From an uncultured Gammaproteobacteria bacterium (GTDB taxonomy: Bacteria; Patescibacteriota; Microgenomatia; UBA8517): a stretch of 64,000 nucleotides of DNA. This document shows positions 56,015 to 64,000 of this stretch, in pieces (positions within the stretch are counted from its first letter, which is position 1; each line of letters begins with the position of its first letter). Both the position numbers and the translations under genes were made by a program. Location of the stretch: positions 226,173 to 290,172 of the forward strand of contig CAYRUS010000001.1 in NCBI GenBank assembly GCA_964427735.1, read 5' to 3'. A model generated the notes under the pieces. The model saw only the letters and a program-made list of their open reading frames with translations. It was not told the origin of the DNA and did no database searches.

Positions 56015-57010
56015 ATGAATACAGTACTCTTAGCACTCGTGACTGGTCTCTTTACAGGCGGCATTTCCTGTTTTGCAATACAGGGCGGACTGTTAGCTAC
56101 ATCGGTGGCAAATCAACAAAAAGACACACAAAAACTCTCAATTATATTTTTCCTTATAAGCAAACTGATAGCATATACCATTTTAGGCTTTATTCTTGGT
56201 ACTATTGGTTCTTCACTTGTAATCACTCCAAAAACTCAAGGTGTATTACAAATATTTGCAGGGATAGTAATGCTAATTGCTGCAGCAAGAATTATTGATT
56301 TGCATCCTGTCTTTAGAAAATTTGTTATCACTCCGCCTAAATCTCTATACCGTCTAGTTAGGAAAAGTTCAAAGATGGATAGCTTTTTTGCTCCATCTAT
56401 TCTTGGATTTTCAACGGTTCTTATTCCATGCGGCATAACGCAAAGCATGATGCTTTTAGCAATTGCCGCAGGAAACGGATTTTGGGGAGCTTTAATAATG
56501 GCATCATTTACTATTGGTACTTCACCACTATTCTTTACATTGGGAATGGCATCAAAAAAGATGCTTGACAATAAAAAGCTCTCAATACTTGCTGCACTAA
56601 TTATTTTTTATCTTGGAATTTCTTCACTAAATACAGGTCAAATTTTGCGCGGTTCCAATCATACTTTACAAAATTACTGGCTTGCTGCCACTGGAAATCT
56701 TGAACCAGAACAAGATGTAGGAAAAGTTGCCGGTGTTAAAGATGGAAAACAAGAGGCAACAATTGATGTTATAACCGGCGGCTATAAATCAGAAAGTACA
56801 ACTTTAAAAGCAGGTATTCCGGTTAAATTAACATTGAGTACTAATAACACTAGGGGATGTTCCAGAGCATTTACCATTCCTGAATACAATATTATGGAAG
56901 TACTGCCGGAAACAGGTGAAAAAATTGTTGAATTTACACCAACCAAACAAGGTAGGCTTGTTTATACATGTAGTATGGGAATGTATACTGGCTATTTTGA
57001 CGTAATATAA
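56015..57010 (+). CDS. polytopic membrane protein with C-terminal cupredoxin-like domain
   Basis: The start is placed at ATG 56015 (MNTVLLALVTG) to avoid overlapping divergent csoR. 6-7 TM helices with PCG within a TM segment. The C-terminal about 110 aa is paralogous to 55289..55657 (GCSRAF...YTCSMGMYTG). Confidence 0.5.
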   Translation: MNTVLLALVTGLFTGGISCFAIQGGLLATSVANQQKDTQKLSIIFFLISKLIAYTILGFILGTIGSSLVITPKTQGVLQIFAGIVMLIAAARIIDLHPVFRKFVITPPKSLYRLVRKSSKMDSFFAPSILGFSTVLIPCGITQSMMLLAIAAGNGFWGALIMASFTIGTSPLFFTLGMASKKMLDNKKLSILAALIIFYLGISSLNTGQILRGSNHTLQNYWLAATGNLEPEQDVGKVAGVKDGKQEATIDVITGGYKSESTTLKAGIPVKLTLSTNNTRGCSRAFTIPEYNIMEVLPETGEKIVEFTPTKQGRLVYTCSMGMYTGYFDVI

Positions 57011-57204
57011 TGGTTAAAATATATAAAATTGAAGGAATGGATTGCGATTCCTGTGCACAGATGCTTGAGTTGGATTTTGAAGATGAAGGCATTGAGGCAA
57101 AATGCGAATATACAACAGAAGAGCTTACTGTCATTTCAGAAAATGTAAATGACAATAAAGTTAAAGAAATAGTTGAGAATGCAGGCTATAAAGTAGAAGA
57201 ATAA
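57010..57204 (+). CDS. copZ: copper chaperone CopZ (HMA domain)
   Basis: 64 aa. GMDCDSCAQ is the MxCxxC HMA motif. The start ATG overlaps the upstream stop (TAATG). Confidence 0.8.
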   Translation: MVKIYKIEGMDCDSCAQMLELDFEDEGIEAKCEYTTEELTVISENVNDNKVKEIVENAGYKVEE

Positions 57205-57205
57205 A

Positions 57206-57430
57206 TTACTCAGCAAAATTTACTTTGTGTTTTCTTTTTAGTAAATCTTTTGCAATTTTCTCTGCTTCATTTTTTATATCTCCGTTACTTTTAGTTTTCT
57301 CAACGACTTTGAATTTATTATTAAAGTAATCGATACTTAAGATGATCTCTTCACCATTACCATCGCCAACAAAATATTCTGCTTTATTAAAAATAAATTT
57401 TTTTATGTATTTGGTTTTTATATTCACCAC
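57206..57430 (-). CDS. small hypothetical protein
   Basis: 74-aa ORF with no recognisable motif. Confidence 0.3.
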   Translation of the reverse strand: MVNIKTKYIKKFIFNKAEYFVGDGNGEEIILSIDYFNNKFKVVEKTKSNGDIKNEAEKIAKDLLKRKHKVNFAE

Positions 57431-57651
57431 CTCCTTTGCAGAACTTTGGTTTCTTAGAGTTTGGAATTTGAGGGTTTATAAGAAGAAAGCACAATCCTGC
57501 AAACCAAGCTTAGCTTGACTTACAGCAACAGGAAAAAGTAAAGGTATTGTATTTTATTTCAAACATTAAGTTATATTAAGCCAATTAATATCAGTTTTTC
57601 AATTACGTATTTTAATTTTTTATTATCCATTTAAAGTTAAATAAATATTAC

Positions 57652-57680
57652 CCAAACTGGGGGTAGTGGCATTTTTTATA
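57652..57680. repeat. 29-bp perfect direct repeat, copy 1: a relic copy of the secA 3' end including its own stop codon
   Basis: CCAAACTGGGGGTAGTGGCATTTTTTATA is identical to 58392-58420. On the minus strand it encodes YKKCHYPQFG followed by TAA. Confidence 0.8.
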
Positions 57681-57711
57681 TCCTCAATTAGCTATCTACT
57701 TGATCATCTTT

Positions 57712-58380
57712 TTATCCGTAAAACCCATGACATACTTCTAAACCTCTCATATATTTTTCTCGATCATTCTTTTTGTTAATTTCCTGCTCAACATACTTTC
57801 TATTCTCATAAAGTGCATCTCCAACTCCTAAGAAAAATCTGGACACTAACTCAAAAGTTGGACCATTAATTCCATCTGGTTTTATATCATCCGCATTTTG
57901 AAATCCATCAATATATCTAAAGAATTTTTCTAAGGCCTTATCTGTACCAGCTTGACTTATATCGACCAGCAAAATAGATCCATGTAAACCTGTTCTTCTG
58001 TCATGATCCACAGGGAGACCTCTTTGAATCATCAACTGAGAAACTCTATTTATTATATTTTGCTTTATTTTTTCTAGTTTCTCCTTGTCTCTATTGTAAG
58101 CTTCCATTTTTTCTCTATAATCGGATACAGGTTTATTATCTGGGGTGAAAAACTCTACTTTACCACTGGCAGTCAATTCAGTGCTATCATAAAAAATTAC
58201 TGTATCTAAATCTGAGGTTTGTTTTTCCACACCTTTCTTCCTGGAACCAAAGAATGCTATTCCCTTTACTTGAGGAATCCCAGTTTGAATTTCTCGAATG
58301 TTATCACGCAAAAACTTCATGTGTCCCAAAGAATCCTTGGAAGGAACACTTTTTATTATTTCACCTTTGTCTTCACCCAT
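57712..58380 (-). CDS. nucleotidyltransferase-domain protein, bracketed by 29-bp direct repeats
   Basis: 222 aa. IAFFGSRKKGVEKQTSDLDTVIF matches the GSx9-13DhDh motif. It starts 8 nt after the secA stop. Confidence 0.5.
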   Translation of the reverse strand: MGEDKGEIIKSVPSKDSLGHMKFLRDNIREIQTGIPQVKGIAFFGSRKKGVEKQTSDLDTVIFYDSTELTASGKVEFFTPDNKPVSDYREKMEAYNRDKEKLEKIKQNIINRVSQLMIQRGLPVDHDRRTGLHGSILLVDISQAGTDKALEKFFRYIDGFQNADDIKPDGINGPTFELVSRFFLGVGDALYENRKYVEQEINKKNDREKYMRGLEVCHGFYG

Positions 58381-58387
58381 GTTTTAT

Positions 58388-61156
58388 TCATCCAAACTGG
58401 GGGTAGTGGCATTTTTTATATTTTTTACCTGAACCGCATGGACATGGGTCATTTCTACCAACTTTTTCTTTTCTTATATTGCCATCTACATCCTTTTTTA
58501 CATTAGGTTGAATAACTTGCTTATTACTTCCTGTTTCTTGGGTAAATGCCTGAGCTCCTGCCATAGCTGCAAAATCAGAACCTCCTGCTAATCCCGTAGC
58601 ATCAGCTAAATCTTCGTTTGTTCTTGCCTGAGCAAGATCAATTTCTGGAGATTGAGAAGCAACTTGAATTCTGAAAATTCTTCTTGATAATTCTGAATCA
58701 ATTTTATCAATCAACCCCTCGAAAAGTTGGTATGCTTCATTTTTGAATTCGTTTATTGGATCTCTTTGGGCATATCCTCTAAGCCTAACCCCTTCTCGCA
58801 ATGAATCTATTTGGTCAATGTGTTCTACCCAATGATGATCAATTGAACCTAAATATGCATATTTTTCTACCTCCCTCATTACTTCACTACCTAATTGTTT
58901 TTCTCGACTTTCATATACCTTGTCAATAATTTCAGTCATTTTTTCGTGTAACTCTTTAGAATCTGATTTTTTCAATTCTTTTTTAATTTTATCAATCGAA
59001 GACTCATCAAAAGGAATAATCTCCATTAGTCCCGGTATTAATCTGTCCATATCCACGGAATCCTCTCCATTGACATTTGTAGACGTCAAAAGAATTCCAT
59101 CAACTTGGCGTTCCAACTTTTCTTTAATTTCATTCTTGAGATTATCTGATTCCAAAACTCTTCTTCTAAGTTTGTATATAATTTCTCGTTGTTGATTAGC
59201 CACATCATCGTACTCCACAACAGATTTTCTAGCGTCAAAATGAAAACCTTCAACTTTTATTTGTGCCTGCTCAATAGCACGGCTAATCATTTTGTTTTCG
59301 ATTGGCTGATCTTCTGGCAGCCTCAATCTGTCCATAAGTGAGCTTATTTGCTCTCCTCCAAAAATTCTCATTAAATCATCCTCCAGTGACAAATAAAAAC
59401 GAGTAGAACCGGGGTCACCTTGTCTTCCAGCACGTCCTCTAAGCTGATTATCAATACGCCTTGACTCATGTCTTTCAGTTCCAACTACATGAAGTCCACC
59501 AGCTTTTATTACTTTTTGGTGGTCCTCTCTCCATTTCTTGTATTCCTTGGTATTTTTATGATCTTCAATATCAACACCAGGTGGCATATCCGGAGGTGTT
59601 CCTCCTAAAACAATATCAACACCACGACCAGCCATATTTGTTGCAACTGTTACAGCACCTGGCTTACCTGCTTCTGCAATTATTAAAGCCTCTTTTTCGT
59701 GATTTTTTGCATTTAGAGTGTTATGAGGAATCTTTTTTCTTTTAAGATATTCATGAATAATTTCATTTTTTTCAATTGATGTTGTACCAACCAAAACAGG
59801 CTGACCTTTTTTGTGTTTTTCTTCGATTTCTGCAACTATTGCACCGTATTTAGCCCTTATTGTTTTGTAAACTATATCTGGTTTGTCATCACGTTTGCTT
59901 TCTCGATGAGTTGGAATTACAACTACATCAAGATCATATATTTTTTTGAATTCTTCAGCTTCGGTAGCTGCAGTTCCTGTCATACCTGCCAAAACGTCAT
60001 ACATCCTAAAGTAATTTTGGAAAGATATAGTTGCTAGTGTCTTACTTTCTTGCTGAATCTTAACTCCTTCTTTTGCTTCTACTGCCTGATGAAGACCATC
60101 ACTCCATCTTCTACCATGCATAAGACGACCTGTAAATTCATCAACAATTATTACCTGATCTTCTTTAACTACATAATTGCGATCTTTTAAATAAATTGTT
60201 TTTGCTTTTAATGAGTTTTCAATATGATGTATTGCTTCATAATCATCTTCATAAAGATTTTTGTAATTAAGTATTTTTTCTACTCGTGCAATTCCCCGCT
60301 CTGTTAAAGAAGCACTCCTTGATTTTTCGTCAACTGTATAATCTGTATCTGGGTTTAACTTTTCAACAACATCTGCAAATTTGTAATACTTTTCCGTAGG
60401 CTCCATGTCTGGAGCTGAGATAATAAGCGGTGTTCTAGCTTCGTCAATTAAGACAGAATCGACTTCGTCTACAATCGCAAAATAATGCCCTCTTTGGACC
60501 ATTCGATCAAGAGAATTAACCATATTATCTCGAAGATAATCAAAACCAAATTCGTTATTTGTTCCATAAGTTATATCCGCTGCATATGCTTCTTTTCTTT
60601 CAACAGGCTTAAGATGAGCAAGCCTCTCGTCTCCATAGCTTGTGTCATTGTGTTTACTGTCATAGATATACGAGGTCATTTCCTGAGCAATAGCTCCTAC
60701 ACTCATTCCCAACAATTCAAATATTGGCGCATTCCAACCAGCATCACGACGAGCCAAATAATCATTTACAGTAACTAAGTGGACACCTTTTCCTGTTAAC
60801 CCATGCAGATACAAAGGAAGAACTGCAGAAAGAGTTTTACCCTCACCTGTTTTTTGCTCTGCGACTTTCCCTTCCGAAAGTGCAATTCCGGACATTATCT
60901 GCACATCATAATGACGCATTCCAAGCTGTCTCCAAGATGCTTCCCTTGCCACTGCAAAAGCTTCTGGAAGCAAATCATCTAAAGATTCACCTTTTTCAAG
61001 ACGCTTTTTAAATTCAGCTGTTTTTTTAGCAAAATCTCCAGCTTTTAACTTTTTTACTTTTTTTTCTAATGCGTTAACCTCCTCAACTCTTTTGGCTAGT
61101 CGGTCTATTTCTCTTTGGTTAACATCTAAAACTTTCGTAAATAAATTCTTAAACAT
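58388..61156 (-). CDS. secA: preprotein translocase ATPase SecA
   Basis: 922 aa. Walker A region, DEAD-like motor, long helical scaffold, and a C-terminal zinc-binding tail CPCGSGKKYKKCH. Confidence 0.95.
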   Translation of the reverse strand: MFKNLFTKVLDVNQREIDRLAKRVEEVNALEKKVKKLKAGDFAKKTAEFKKRLEKGESLDDLLPEAFAVAREASWRQLGMRHYDVQIMSGIALSEGKVAEQKTGEGKTLSAVLPLYLHGLTGKGVHLVTVNDYLARRDAGWNAPIFELLGMSVGAIAQEMTSYIYDSKHNDTSYGDERLAHLKPVERKEAYAADITYGTNNEFGFDYLRDNMVNSLDRMVQRGHYFAIVDEVDSVLIDEARTPLIISAPDMEPTEKYYKFADVVEKLNPDTDYTVDEKSRSASLTERGIARVEKILNYKNLYEDDYEAIHHIENSLKAKTIYLKDRNYVVKEDQVIIVDEFTGRLMHGRRWSDGLHQAVEAKEGVKIQQESKTLATISFQNYFRMYDVLAGMTGTAATEAEEFKKIYDLDVVVIPTHRESKRDDKPDIVYKTIRAKYGAIVAEIEEKHKKGQPVLVGTTSIEKNEIIHEYLKRKKIPHNTLNAKNHEKEALIIAEAGKPGAVTVATNMAGRGVDIVLGGTPPDMPPGVDIEDHKNTKEYKKWREDHQKVIKAGGLHVVGTERHESRRIDNQLRGRAGRQGDPGSTRFYLSLEDDLMRIFGGEQISSLMDRLRLPEDQPIENKMISRAIEQAQIKVEGFHFDARKSVVEYDDVANQQREIIYKLRRRVLESDNLKNEIKEKLERQVDGILLTSTNVNGEDSVDMDRLIPGLMEIIPFDESSIDKIKKELKKSDSKELHEKMTEIIDKVYESREKQLGSEVMREVEKYAYLGSIDHHWVEHIDQIDSLREGVRLRGYAQRDPINEFKNEAYQLFEGLIDKIDSELSRRIFRIQVASQSPEIDLAQARTNEDLADATGLAGGSDFAAMAGAQAFTQETGSNKQVIQPNVKKDVDGNIRKEKVGRNDPCPCGSGKKYKKCHYPQFG
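58392..58420. repeat. 29-bp perfect direct repeat, copy 2: the actual 3' end of secA
   Basis: Identical 29-mer. It encodes the last 10 codons of SecA (YKKCHYPQFG) before the TGA stop. Confidence 0.8.
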
Positions 61157-61342
61157 ACAGGTTTAATTTTAGCAAATTGACCTCGTCATTGCTAACATAT
61201 ATTTTGCCGATAAACTATATCACGATATTCAAAAAGAATATATAGAAAAATAAACTTTTCTATTCACTTAAAAAATCCTCTACCAACTTATTTATTACTT
61301 TATTCTCACTTTTTTCATATACTTATAGATATCAATAGAACT

Positions 61343-62497
61343 ATGAGGAAGTTTTTTGGAGCATTGCTAATATTTACTTTAATACTTTTAATTCCTCCAA
61401 TTGTAACTGCACAAAGTCCTCAATTAATTTCAAATGAAGATGTTGTTGTGATTCCAGCAGATGAAACAGTAAATAGAGACTTATTTGCTGCCTCAAAACG
61501 GGTAGAAATTTTTGGAAATATTAATGGAGATATTTTTGTTGCAGGCGGAACAATTAATATAGCAGGAAACATAGAAGGGAATGCCTACATTGCAGGTGGA
61601 GAGGTAAATATATCAGGAAACATCAATGGCAATACTTATCTTTCAGCAGGACAATCAACAATTTCAGGAACCCTTGAAAACACATTAACTGTAATGACAG
61701 GTAACTTGCAAATTTCTGAGCAGGCAACTATTGCAGGACCTGTTTCAGTAGCTGCAGGAAATGCTAATATCTCCGGGACTATTAATGACAATTTAAACAT
61801 CGCTTCCGGAAACACTACAATCACCGGAGAAATCAATGGTGATACTGTTGCAGCGACTGGAGATCTTCGCATAACTCCCCAAACACATATTGCAGGTTAT
61901 TTAATGCTTTGGAGTAGTCCTGAAATTTCGATAGACCAGAATGCAAATATCGAAGGCGATATTATTCACAAAACTATGCAATCTGATCTTGACCAAAAAG
62001 AATGGCTAGCTGCTATTACTACTTTTAATCTTTACTGGAAAATAGCAAGTTTAATTTCACTTTTTATAGTGGGATTAATATTAATAAAATTATTCCCTAT
62101 ACATCTAACCAAAAATGTAGAAGAATTAATGACAAATCCCGTAAAATCCTTTGTCATTGGTTTTTTAATTATTTTATTAGCACCTTTTATAATCCTTGCT
62201 TTATTAGTGAGTTTGATAGGAATTCCTCTTGCATTAATTTTAATTCCTCATTACTTTGTTTTACTTTACCTAGGTAAACTTCCTATTATATTTTGGCTTG
62301 GAGGAACACTTAGAAAAGATAAAGATTATAACAATTATTTATCATTAATCTTTGGAACGCTTGTTTATTTTGTATTAATTTTCATTCCTTTTTTTGGAAT
62401 GATTATAAACTGGATAGCAGTTACTTTTGGAATTGGAGCATTGGCATTATCCGTTCAAGGAGTGTATAAGAATGCACGGAACAAAAAGATTGTTTAG
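61343..62497 (+). CDS. secreted beta-helix-like repeat protein (bactofilin/polymer-forming-like GN/I-x-G repeats) with a 4-TM C-terminal domain
   Basis: Signal peptide, then about 9 repeats of GNINGD.F.AGG.INI.GNIEGNAYIAGG type, then four TM helices. Confidence 0.45.
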   Translation: MRKFFGALLIFTLILLIPPIVTAQSPQLISNEDVVVIPADETVNRDLFAASKRVEIFGNINGDIFVAGGTINIAGNIEGNAYIAGGEVNISGNINGNTYLSAGQSTISGTLENTLTVMTGNLQISEQATIAGPVSVAAGNANISGTINDNLNIASGNTTITGEINGDTVAATGDLRITPQTHIAGYLMLWSSPEISIDQNANIEGDIIHKTMQSDLDQKEWLAAITTFNLYWKIASLISLFIVGLILIKLFPIHLTKNVEELMTNPVKSFVIGFLIILLAPFIILALLVSLIGIPLALILIPHYFVLLYLGKLPIIFWLGGTLRKDKDYNNYLSLIFGTLVYFVLIFIPFFGMIINWIAVTFGIGALALSVQGVYKNARNKKIV

Positions 62498-63147
62498 TTA
62501 GTACATATAAACATTACGTTTGCCTCTGGATAAACTACATCTACATGACTAAAGATCTTTTCTAATCTTTGACCAAACTTTACAGCTAAAGGTCTTTTTT
62601 CTCCGTAATACAACCTATTAAAAACAACTATTCCATCTTTTTCTAGTATCATTTTTAGTTTTTCCAAAAACTCATCAGTGGTAAATTGCTCAGGAACATT
62701 GTCTTGAACGTACATATCCACACAAATTAAATCATAAATTTTTTTGTTTTTGATTGCTTTATTCAGAAAATTTTCTGCATCATCAATAAATGTTTCTACT
62801 CCATAGGACTCAAGGTTCATATGTTTCTCCCCCAAGCCAACAATCACAGGATCAATATCTACGCCGGTAATTTTGGCATTACTCCATTTTTTTCTAATTA
62901 GTTTTGCAATGCTACCTCCACCAAGACCAAGTATTAAAGCAGAGTCAATTTCATTTTTGTTGCCTTTTACTCTTTTTATAGAAGTTCTCCAAACACTTTC
63001 TGCCACTCCACCAGATTGTGTTAAACCTCCACCTTTTATATAAGTCCCCCAGGCAAAATCCCTCACAACTGTCAGCTCACCGTTAATAGAAGAATTAACT
63101 TTCTCTAAAATCCTCTGACCACCTAGTATCTTATCCAATTTACCCAT
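62494..63147 (-). CDS. class I SAM-dependent methyltransferase, spermidine-synthase-like fold
   Basis: ILGLGGGSIAKLI...ITGVDIDP...LICVDMY follows the motif I / post-I / motif IV spacing of spermine/spermidine-synthase-like MTases. Overlaps the upstream gene by 4 nt. Confidence 0.55.
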   Translation of the reverse strand: MGKLDKILGGQRILEKVNSSINGELTVVRDFAWGTYIKGGGLTQSGGVAESVWRTSIKRVKGNKNEIDSALILGLGGGSIAKLIRKKWSNAKITGVDIDPVIVGLGEKHMNLESYGVETFIDDAENFLNKAIKNKKIYDLICVDMYVQDNVPEQFTTDEFLEKLKMILEKDGIVVFNRLYYGEKRPLAVKFGQRLEKIFSHVDVVYPEANVMFICTN

Positions 63148-63217
63148 ATTAACTATTTGTATATATATTTTAACAGATCAGTTTTGTCTTCGGTGTTTGT
63201 TTGGGTATAATAAAGAT

Positions 63218-64000
63218 ATGGAAAAACAACCCTTAGCAGAAAGACTAAGACCAAATAAATTGGATGAATATGTGGGACAGGAAGAAATTGTTGGTAAAAA
63301 CGCAGTTATAACCAAACTAATTTCAAATGCAAAAAAAACTTCCTTTTTCCCCTCTCTAGTTTTTTGGGGACCTCCTGGATCAGGGAAGACAACATTGGCT
63401 CGAATAATTGCTAATGAATTAGATCGTGAGTTCTATGAGTTTTCCGCAGTTAACACATCCACCAAAGACATACAGGCTGTAATAAATGAGGCAGAAAAGT
63501 TTGATAAAAACCAAATGGAGTTAATTAACAAGGGAAAAACAAAAACTAAAGCTCCAATTGTTTTCATTGACGAAATACACAGATTCAATAAAGCCCAACA
63601 AGATAAACTCCTACCTCATGTTGAAAAAGGAACAATTATTTTAATTGGAGCGACAACTGAAAATCCTTCATTTGAAGTCATTGGGCCCCTTTTGTCTAGA
63701 TCAAGAGTATTAGTCTTAAAACAGCTCGCAGAAAAAGATTTAGATGAAATTATCGAAAGAGGCTTAGATGAACTTAATAAGAAAATTGAACCGGATGCAA
63801 GGTCATTTTTAATAGAAGCTTCAAATGGTGATGCAAGAGTTTCTCTGACTGTTTTGGAGATTGGAGCAAATCTAGCAACTGGAAAAGTTATTATGCTAAA
63901 AGACATAGAGCAAGCTTTGCAAAGAAGGCAATTAAACTTTGATAAGCATGGAGACGAATTTTATAACTTAATATCTGCATTTATAAAAAGTATGAGGGCA
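63218..64000 (+). CDS. rarA: replication-associated recombination protein A (AAA+ ATPase RarA/MgsA), 3'-partial at window end
   Basis: LRPNKLDEYVGQEEIVGKN...LVFWGPPGSGKTTLARIIA...VFIDEIHRFNKAQQD..LLPHVEKGTIILIGATTENPSFEV is a diagnostic RarA N-terminus. Absent from the ORF track because no stop occurs within the window. Confidence 0.85.
   Translation, partial: MEKQPLAERLRPNKLDEYVGQEEIVGKNAVITKLISNAKKTSFFPSLVFWGPPGSGKTTLARIIANELDREFYEFSAVNTSTKDIQAVINEAEKFDKNQMELINKGKTKTKAPIVFIDEIHRFNKAQQDKLLPHVEKGTIILIGATTENPSFEVIGPLLSRSRVLVLKQLAEKDLDEIIERGLDELNKKIEPDARSFLIEASNGDARVSLTVLEIGANLATGKVIMLKDIEQALQRRQLNFDKHGDEFYNLISAFIKSMRA

Noticed and set aside
63616-63906. 96-aa minus-strand ORF from the track
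   Set aside because: It lies entirely antisense within the strongly supported rarA coding region (WGPPGSGKTT on the plus strand) and has low-complexity Ser-rich composition. Spurious.
1-64000. tRNA, rRNA, tmRNA and CRISPR arrays
   Set aside because: No T-loop-like GTTCGAATC-type elements, no long noncoding stretch with rRNA character, and no short regularly spaced direct repeats. The only exact repeat pair found is the 29-mer flanking the NTase gene.

Overview
This is a dense, AT-rich bacterial window with standard genetic code, read by eye from the sequence and the ORF track. A full-length prfB (RF2) is present, and the gene content (many glycosyltransferases, short TsaB, sortase, small proteins) suggests a reduced-genome lineage such as Patescibacteria/CPR, though that placement is inference only. 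The main blocks are as follows. (1) 1-25.2 kb: a cell-envelope glycan locus with five GT-C-like polytopic membrane glycosyltransferases, GT2 and GT2-GtrA enzymes, a GT4, a PIG-L deacetylase, an RfbA-like sugar nucleotidyltransferase and a 1563-aa GT2-GT2-TM-GT4 fusion, interrupted by a MacAB-like efflux triad, trmD and a secreted glycosidase. (2) 25.5-32.2 kb: a putative defense island with an EcoRI-family N6-adenine methyltransferase, a 927-aa Rad50/RloC-like ABC ATPase carrying a CxxC hook and a C-terminal extension, two small proteins, and a DUF262(DGQQR)-HNH nuclease. (3) 32.2-38.8 kb: one minus-strand array of three paralogous Asn/Thr/Gly-repeat secreted proteins, a sortase, a SET-domain methyltransferase and a nucleotidyltransferase, preceded by a structured leader. 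(4) 39-52 kb: housekeeping and envelope genes (tsaE/short tsaB, VanZ, an LTD protein, the EnvC-FtsX-FtsE division operon, prfB, FKBP, an orphan GAF histidine kinase). (5) 53-57 kb: a copper module (copA, csoR, copZ plus two cupredoxin-like domains). (6) 57.6-61.2 kb: secA, whose last 29 nt are perfectly duplicated 740 bp downstream, bracketing a single nucleotidyltransferase gene, which looks like an insertion footprint. The window ends with a beta-helix repeat protein, a methyltransferase and a partial rarA. I found no rRNA, tRNA or CRISPR array.
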